Part shown: piece after piece, positions 55,598-64,000 of the stretch | Position numbering within the stretch: position 1 is the stretch's first letter | Layout of the letters: each line of letters starts with the position of its first letter | NCBI RefSeq assembly: GCF_009914755.1 | Contig: NC_060929.1 | Source: the human T2T-CHM13v2.0 reference genome, Homo sapiens | DNA length: 64,000 nt | Reading direction: 5' to 3' (one strand) | Translations under genes and position numbers: made by a program | The notes under the pieces: model-generated | The model's input: the letters and a program-made list of their open reading frames with translations, nothing else | The model's database searches: none | Told to the model about the DNA's origin: nothing

Positions 55598-55899
55598 CTT
55601 TATGCAAAGACATGGTCAGTTACCAAAATGTTTATTATTATGGATGCAGAAAGTTTCCTGATCCAGTATTGTAGTAATTTTAGCAATGTTGAAGTATAAG
55701 AAAGAGAGTTTAGACAATGTAAATTCAAAATAACAAAAAATGTATTCCGAAATAACTCAACTGCCTTTTCTTGTGTTGCTTGTACACCATCTCACAGAAA
55801 CATTGAGATTACCTTTCTTCTTCCCACTATTTGCATTACAACTCTCAGCTGCTATTTTGTCCTTCTTGTTAAGTATTTCCTTGGCCCACCAGAGAACTA

Positions 55900-57300
55900 A
55901 AACAGAAGTTGATAACAAAAAGATATTTGGAAATTCCCCAAATTTGTTAACCAACACAAATCAAAGAAATGTTAAATGTAAGAGGTGATGGGTATGCTTA
56001 AATACCATGATTTGATTTGTATACAATGTATACATGCACTGAAATGTCACACTGTACCCTATAAATATGTACAGTTTTATGTATTGATAAAATGCCCATA
56101 ATCCAAATTAACATGTGTTCAAAGGGAAGGCCAAAAGGGAATGTAAAATATTTTATTTTAATGAATTGAAAAACCAAAACACCAAAATTAATGGAATGTG
56201 ATAAAAATAACAATTAGATGGAAATTTATAGCATTAAATGTTTTTATTACAAAAGAAAATTGTCCTCAAATAAATAAATTTTCCAACTTTAAAAAGTGGT
56301 GGAAAGACACATTTTACATATTACATATTATATTAAATTAGATTATATATTATATGAATTATATGTCCTGTGTCAGATGTCTTTGTTAGATATCTGATTT
56401 GCAAATATTTTAGCCCAATATGTCTATTTCTTGATATATGTTCAATTATAGGCAAACAAAACAAAAAATAATATATAGCCAGAATATTTGAACACATATT
56501 TCACCATAGACATGTGGTCATTTAAACTTCCCTGATAAGTCTGTTCTTAAATAAATGGACTTCTGTCATCCAGAAAGTACAAATTAAAATCCAAATGACA
56601 TAACTCTACCCCATACGCACCCAATAGAAAGGCTGCAATTAGAAAAACAAACAAACAAAAAGGAACTTGGCAATACCAAATGCTGCCAGGATGCAGAATA
56701 GCTGGCACTCACATACACTGGTGATGGGAATGCACAACACAGCCACTTTTGAAAGTGTATGTAAGTTTTATATAAGTGCATATGTACCCTAAAACTTAAA
56801 GTATAATAATAAAAAAAAAACTAATCATACACTTATCTGGCTCAGCAATTCCATTCGTAGTGTCTAAGGGAAAGAAAACCTTAGGTTTGTGGAAAATCTG
56901 TATAGAAATGTAGCATTTTAAACTAATAATCATCAAAATCTAGAATCAAATCCAACACTCTTTATCCAGTAAATGGTTCCAAACAAACAAAAATCCTGTG
57001 GCACATCCATGCTGTTCAGCAATAAAAAAATGAACTTTTGATACACACAACATCATGTTATCCTCTCAGATGTGTTTTTGTTAAGTAAAAAGAGCCAGAG
57101 GCAACCTAGTATATATTTTCATTTCTGTGACTTTCTGGATGAGACACTTAAGTGGTTGCTAGAGGAGAGAAGTTGACTAAAAGGAGCAGCATGAGGGAAA
57201 TTTATGGTTATGGATACATTACTTTTTGCGTATTTCAAAACTCATAGAACTGTACACCACAAAGTAAAATTTAGCTTATATAAATTCAAAAATGAATTAA
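55900..57300 (+). mobile_element. Mixed old L1M fragments (L1MA 3' end, L1MC/MD piece)
   Basis: gaggtgatgggtatgc...actgtaccctataaatatgtaca; aactcatagaactgtacacc. Confidence 0.6.
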
Positions 57301-59795
57301 GTTATTTTTATTTTTTACTGATGTGAATATTGAGGCTTTGGTGTATCAAATTACTCAGATGTAAAAGAGTTAATATCCTTTTTTAAGCCATTCTGTTGTG
57401 AAACTTCAATTTTTTAAAAAAATGTTTATCACGGAAAATTTAGTGCTGTTTTGTTTTTCTTTTTACCACTTTGTATTTTTCTGAATACTTCCAAGTATAT
57501 TCAGAACAAACGACATTATATCTTTCAATTTCCCTTTCCCTTTATTAGATAAATGCAATGATAAATACTGGCTTACTATCAAGCAAATTGAAATGATCTC
57601 TTTATTTTACTTTCACTCTTGCTTTGTTGTTCGTATTGCGATTGCTGCATTTTTGTTTGATTCTTTGTTTATTATAATTATCTACATCAGTTTACTTTAG
57701 TTTCTGGGATTATTCCTTCAATATCTTTTTAAAATAATTCCAAAAGTTGTATTTTACTTTCCACATAAAAAACAGAACTCTAGCCAAGAATAATGCACAC
57801 ATATTTATCTTAAGAAAACATGTTGCTGCAAATGTTCTATTATTGATTAATGTTAAAAATCCTATATTCAAAGTGATTCTCTAAAATCTTCATGCTTAAT
57901 TTTCTTTCCAAAATATCAAACACTTCAATGAATTTTAAATACTGTGAGTAGTATGCAGGATGTTACACAGATGCATTTATTAACTAGAAAAATATTATAA
58001 AATGGATAAACATCTATGTAACAAATAAGAATTTGTAATTGCTAACCTCACCTTTTTCATATGTTCCTAGTTTCTTTTAAGTGTCCTTCCAACAGTTTTC
58101 TTAGATAATTCTGCTTTTCCGTGCTTTCCCTCATGGTTCAATTTTACATGAATAAGCAACAGCACTCATTTACCAAAAGATGCTAAAGAAGCATAATTTT
58201 CTTTTTTATCCCCTCTTCCTTAGCCATTGGCAATGTTTTCTGTTCTACAATCTCATTAACTAGACTACAAAAAAACATGAAACTTTTCAAATAACTCCTT
58301 TAATCGTTATTAGAGGACATCATTTTCAAAATAAATGTGTAGACTGTTATTTTTAACAGCATATCAGATCTATTTATTTTGCTATTGCAATCTAGTTTTG
58401 CAATTTGATCTTGGTTTATTGTTCCCTCCAAGCCCCATCCCTTTATTATGTTATATTTTGTTAGGGCCCTCTTTTGTTAATGTTTCTTACAATCCAATTT
58501 ATGAAACATACTTTAACTTTCAAGCCATGAATGACTCAAGTTAATGCCTTTCTAAATGTGAACCACAATCCATAGGATTCGAATTGTTTAATATAAAAAT
58601 GATTAGATTGCTTTGTATCTCAGAGCATGATTGAACACGTCTGTGATGAGTTTCAGAGCATGTAAAACACCTTCAAAACTTGTCATTTCTTTGATCTTTT
58701 ACAAAATGAACAACCCACATCTGTGCCGATGGGTTTTTTCATTAGCCTCTCAGTGATCTGACTCTAATCACTCTTTTCTGCTGTGTAAATTATATTTACT
58801 ATAGACAAAAGCTGACATCTTATAATGTCTACCGATTATACTTCTATAACAGCACAGAGGCAGCTTATGAAGTCATTTGCCATATTTATTTTGTATCTTC
58901 AGTTCTGTTTCTGAATTCAATTATTTTTATTATAGGTAGAGCAAGATGAAAAATTACTCAACTGTATAATTGTTTTCATGATAAAATAGAGTATAATTTT
59001 CTAAATCTGTGTAATATTTAATATATGTATTATGTGGGTCACAAAATCCATTATGCACTATTAAATAATAATATTTATAATTTATTTAAGGATGTGTAGG
59101 GGGTCAGTAGCTGTAATATTCACACATATTTGATCATTTTCATAGGAAATAGATGTTTCAAAATCAATTGTCCCTGATCATTCTTAATGATGTTAGGCAT
59201 ATTTGAAAGCTCCAAAACATTTGGAAAGGAGAAGAGTAAAAATGAAAATTTTGTTTTGATAGTATTGAAACTCTCAAAGCAATTTCACTAGTAAAGTATT
59301 TAGTCCCATTTTAATGTCCAAATCATTATAGTAAATCTTCATTTGATATTTCTCTTTCTCATTCAACTTTTTTACTTTGGTATTGGTGATGTTAATTTTA
59401 AATGCTCACTATTAACCATAAGTTCCTTAGCCTGAATGCCTATATATTAACATTCAATAACAAGAGTGTTTTCAATGTATAACAGAACTCATTACTTTAA
59501 AAGTCTGTCAGAAAAACAAATACTCATTGTTAATGTGAACTCTGCATTTAGTAATTCCTTCTCACATTTATATCAGTTTGTCACTTATTAGACCAAATGA
59601 AAGTACAAAGATGTTCCTATTATACTAAAGGAAATATAGATAAATTACAAATTTATAAATCATATTTCTCTTTGACCAAAATGGTCCAAGAACCCTTAAA
59701 CAATAAAACTATCATTGGTTTAGGAGCTGGGATGCACAGTAAGTCACAAATCAGCACAAGGTATTTGAAAAGGTATTTTCAAAAGTAATCTGTAA

Positions 59796-59990
59796 AGAAG
59801 AGAGAAGAAAGAAGAAAGGAGGAAGAAAGAAGAAAGAAGGAAAAAAGAAGAAGGAGGAGGAGAGGGAGAAGGAGGGGAGGGGGAGAAGAAGGGGGAGAGG
59901 AGGAGGAGGATGAGACAGTTACTAGGGCAGGGAGGGAGAGGAGGAGGTGGGAGAGGGATGGGGAGGGGGAGGGGGAGGAGAGAAAAAAAA
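59796..59990 (+). repeat. Polypurine (GA-rich) low-complexity tract
   Basis: Nearly pure A/G with G-runs. Confidence 0.9.
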
Positions 59991-61769
59991 GAGAACCAGA
60001 AAGAATATGGTTTTAGGTAGCCAAGCTGTGACAAAACTGGCCAAAATGGGACTATCAATGAAAAAATTTAAAAAACAACATAATGGTAATTTTATTTAAA
60101 TATGTCTTTTGTGCAAAATAAAGCTAAAGTAAACTTTGGTAACCTTCTGAAGTCAATATATTTGCCTTGCTGTGGGTATAGTTTGTAATTATTGTTTTCA
60201 ACTTTGTATATATACTCATGATTTAATCCATCAGAAATATGTTGGGGTGAGAGCACGTTTGTCTTTTGTTATACTTTCTGAACAATTATGTCTGCCTAAT
60301 CCTGCTATTAGTGGCCTCCTCAACTAGATACTTAAAATAAGAATTAAGAAAAATAAGATTATTTGAGTGATATTTCAATATCTTTCATGTTAGCATGGAA
60401 TGGAAAGGGAAGGAAAAGGAAGGGACGTAAACAAGTGCAAAAAGAGGAGAATAAAAATAGGTGAATTTCATTACAGAACAGATAATTCTGCTGTTAAGTG
60501 TCAAGACATGTACAACTGAATTGAAAAGTAATTACATTTAGTCATAATCACCAGTACTTTTGATATTCAGTCTTCTCTCTTAAAGAAAAAATACATTGGA
60601 TGGGAGGAAATGCTTATGGGAGTGGATTCAGTTATAAAGAGGCATTTTGTTTTGCTTTCATCTGGCATTGAATGACAATGGTCAGGACTAAAGTCATATA
60701 GTTATGTATTTGTGTATGCATGAATACATTAATTTAGTATATGTATCTATACATTTATGAAAGACAAATTTAATTCCATATCAATGTTAATAACAATTAT
60801 AAATTTAAAGCTTTGAATTCAATGATTTAAAAATATAACAAAATAACATCAGAATATTAGACCTGTATTTTCTCTATATTTGATGGACAAAAATATAGAA
60901 TGCACAGAACACTTGTGCAACACAAATAAGAAATTTGCATAACATAAACATGTTTGACATGATGAATTATGTTGCACTCTGCCCTCAAAAAGATAACAGG
61001 AAATAAGAATTTAAAAATATAGCGGCACATCTACAGAAGCAACAACTTAATAGATAACAAAATTACTCAAAATTTTAAATATCAATTATATATTATATTG
61101 TCTAAGAAAGTCAATTGTATTAGAAATTGTAAAGATAGTGTTATATATCACCAATAAATTTGGAAATTTAATAAAAGCCCTACTAAATAACTTTTGGTTT
61201 AAAGAATATGTTACAAAGGAAATATGGCCTCAACTGAAGGACATTAAGTATGCTATATAAAAACCATGAGATACGTGAGTATAGTGACACATGGAGGTAT
61301 TATTACAGCCTAAACCCATCGCTTCAGAAAACGTTTGAAAATCACTAAGTTTGAAATGAGACACTAACTCACGAAATTAAAATAAAACTGTATGTCTTTT
61401 CAAAATAATAATGATAATCTCATGTAATAATGAATAGAAACCAAAGAGAAAACAGAAAGTGTATATGTTTAGAAGCCTACAAAACAGTAACAGATATGAT
61501 GTTCTTAAACAAGAAAATAGTAAATATCTAAGAAAATGGCAAATATGAAAAAAATTACCTTAGGAATGACGAAGATGACATATATACGCCTATGTTCATT
61601 CTATGAAAAATGCAGTGCCAGTAAATTTAAAATATATTTTGAGAAATTTTAGGCATACAAATAGTATCAAATAATTATGACATAAAACAAAATTTTATCA
61701 AACCAAATATACAGTTTACTCATGAAGTGTACATTGGTGGATGGTTAAGACGAGGAAAGAATTCCATCC

Positions 61770-62330
61770 TTCACCCTTAACTTTGATGTCTGCTGTGGGT
61801 TTGTCCTAGATGCTGTTTAACAGGTTAAGGAATTTATCTTCTTTACCTACTTTGTTGAGTGTCTTTATGATAAAGAATTGGTGGAGTTTGTCAAATGCTT
61901 TTTCTACCTCTATTAAAATAATCATGTAATTTTTCCCTTTATTCATTTGGTATGGTTTATTACATTAATTGATTTTAAGATATTAAACTAACTTTCAATT
62001 ATGAAAAAATTCCCTCTTGGATATGGTTCAGAATTCTTTTTCTATATTGCTAGTATTTTGTTGAGAAATTTTTTGGCTGCATTCATAAAAAATATTGGTC
62101 TGTAGTTTTTATTTTGTTTCCTTGTTGATTTTTTTTTTTTTTTTGGATTTGATGTCGACATAATACTGACCTCATAAAATTTTCTGGGACATGTTCCTCT
62201 ATTTTTCTTGGAAGAACTTGTGAAGTATTGGTATTAATTCTTCTTTAAATGATTGGGAGAATCACCAGGGAAGCCATATGAGTCTGAGTTTTCTTTCTGA
62301 GCGGCTTCTTTTCTTTATTATTAGTTTAAT
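61770..62330 (-). mobile_element. Old L1M ORF2 fragment
   Basis: ttgtcaaatgctttttct...tgctagtattttgttgag...ctgacctcataaaat. Confidence 0.75.
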
Positions 62331-64000
62331 ACCAATTAAATATAGATTATTTTGAAGGGGCAGCTCTTGAGGTAAGATTTTGGTTTTTTTCGGCCCCAGA
62401 AAGGCATTTTCTTAGCAGTGTGTTCATCATTCTTTCTGGCAAACTACTGGACCAATGGTTTAACTTGTATATCTCATGAAGTTACCACCCTTCTCTTCTT
62501 CTCTTAGTTACCTGTCAACAATTTCCCATTGTTTTTGAGGGTACCCTTATGTTTTAACTTTTTCAAACTCTGTTTTAATAAAATCCATTTCTTTGGGAAA
62601 CTTTCAGAGTTTTGTTTGTTTATTTGTTTGTTTGTTTGTTTGTTTTTCCTGCATTTCACCCTGGGCAAAATCTCTAAGCAATGGTTCTGAGTTTGGGGCA
62701 GAAGCAGTCGCATGATTCTTTCTGAATGACGTCCCTGCTTTAGGATTGGAGTAGTAGCCTACAGTCTTTTCAGGTTTTCCACCCTACAAATAAGCGGTAG
62801 TAGTATGAGTGATCGAGGCAAACTGCAGTGTTCCCAATCACTGTGCCTGAAAAAAAGAGACAGAGAGAGAGAGAGAAAGGAGAGAGACTTTTAGGAATTA
62901 TTTTCATAAAATAGACAGTGGTATTTTTAACTGTTTTCAAATTTTATATTGGAATCCCCCATTCTGGATGGTATTGTGAGATGCTCTGTGGACTGAAACA
63001 AGCATATCTGGTCAGAATTGAAAAAACAACCATTTAAATTATCTGGAAATTGTCATAAGGGAATACTACAGATGAAGAAATATATATTCTAAAAAAATCC
63101 ACTAATACTAGGTAGAGACAGTGAGAATGTGTCAGTTGAACCATGATTCTCTCCCTCCCTCACCCACCTGCCAAGTTCAGCATAGCTGTAATTCCATTCC
63201 AGGCAGGTATAGTCATATAGCCAGAAACACATGGCTGTCTCTCCCCTTGATTATGGTATCTTCCTAGGAGAACTGGATTTCTTATTAGAGCTTTCTCCAT
63301 TTTGTTTGGTTTCTATTGTAACTAAAAACTAACCAAATGTTTGGTTTTTCCTATATTTTAAAATCTGTTTCATTATTTTTATGTCTGTGCATGTCACAAA
63401 TTCTATGTAATTTACAAATTTATTAGTCTTATATATTTTAATAGATATTTATAAACAAATATTGAACCTGAATCTTTGAACTATATTTGTCTCTTTCATT
63501 TGAGGTTTTTTTTTAACAAATTTATCTCATTTTGGTCATAATTCACTTGGTGAAACTTTTTGTGTGTGTTTCCTTTGAGTCAAATTGGTAGTACATAGAA
63601 AATATTACATTTATATGCAAAATTGCATTTTGCCACTATCTCAGCTTTAAAATGTAAGTCTCATATTAGCAATTAATATGTGTAAAACATTTTTATAATA
63701 TCTCATAAGAGAAAGTCAATATTCAGAAGTGAATTTCTGGCCAAGCTAATACATTATATTATTTTTGATGCAACCTAATTAGCTCTTACACCACAGCCTC
63801 TGCTGAAACTGACTTTGCATTAACCGTCATTCACTAGATTCCTTGATGAGTATGAGGTTCAGCCTCTAGCAAACACTCTGAGTTGCACTCTGTAATGGTG
63901 ATATTTGGAAATGCTGTTCACTGAATGTTTTATTTACTCACCAAATGTTCTTATTGACTTAATTATTAGTGCCATTATTGCTTCTAAAAGACTGCTAGAA

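Noticed and set aside
60933-60948. OCT4-SOX2-like composite atttgcataacataaa
   Set aside because: The SOX half is a poor match and it lies in AT-rich degraded L1-like sequence.

Overview
AT-rich, CpG-depleted primate (very probably human) intergenic or deep-intronic DNA. I find no credible protein-coding gene, RNA gene or CpG island. Most of the window is fossil transposons: Alu S/Y, L1PA and L1M fragments, MaLR LTRs (THE1, MST, MLT1), ERVL pro/pol with MLT2A LTRs, MER4D, Tigger2a, MER6, MER20, MER53, MADE1 and MIR, plus microsatellites. The long ORFs in the track come from microsatellites or repeats. The most notable signal is a recurring set of local copy and rearrangement scars. Two short templated insertions were copied from donors about 1.6 kb away (34220-34370 to 35840-35990; 44095-44303 to 42512-42707). 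There is also an inverted duplication at 1.55-3.16 kb, an inversion inside an ERVL pol, an inverted L1 3' end, and an Alu tail that mirrors its neighbour's. Other points: a very young AluYa-lineage insertion, an extended CTCF motif, a perfect DUX4 site in an MLT2A2 LTR, and a MADE1 hairpin with mirrored substitutions. Subfamily names come from remembered consensus sequences, not from a search. I cannot support a claim of a wholly new biological system.
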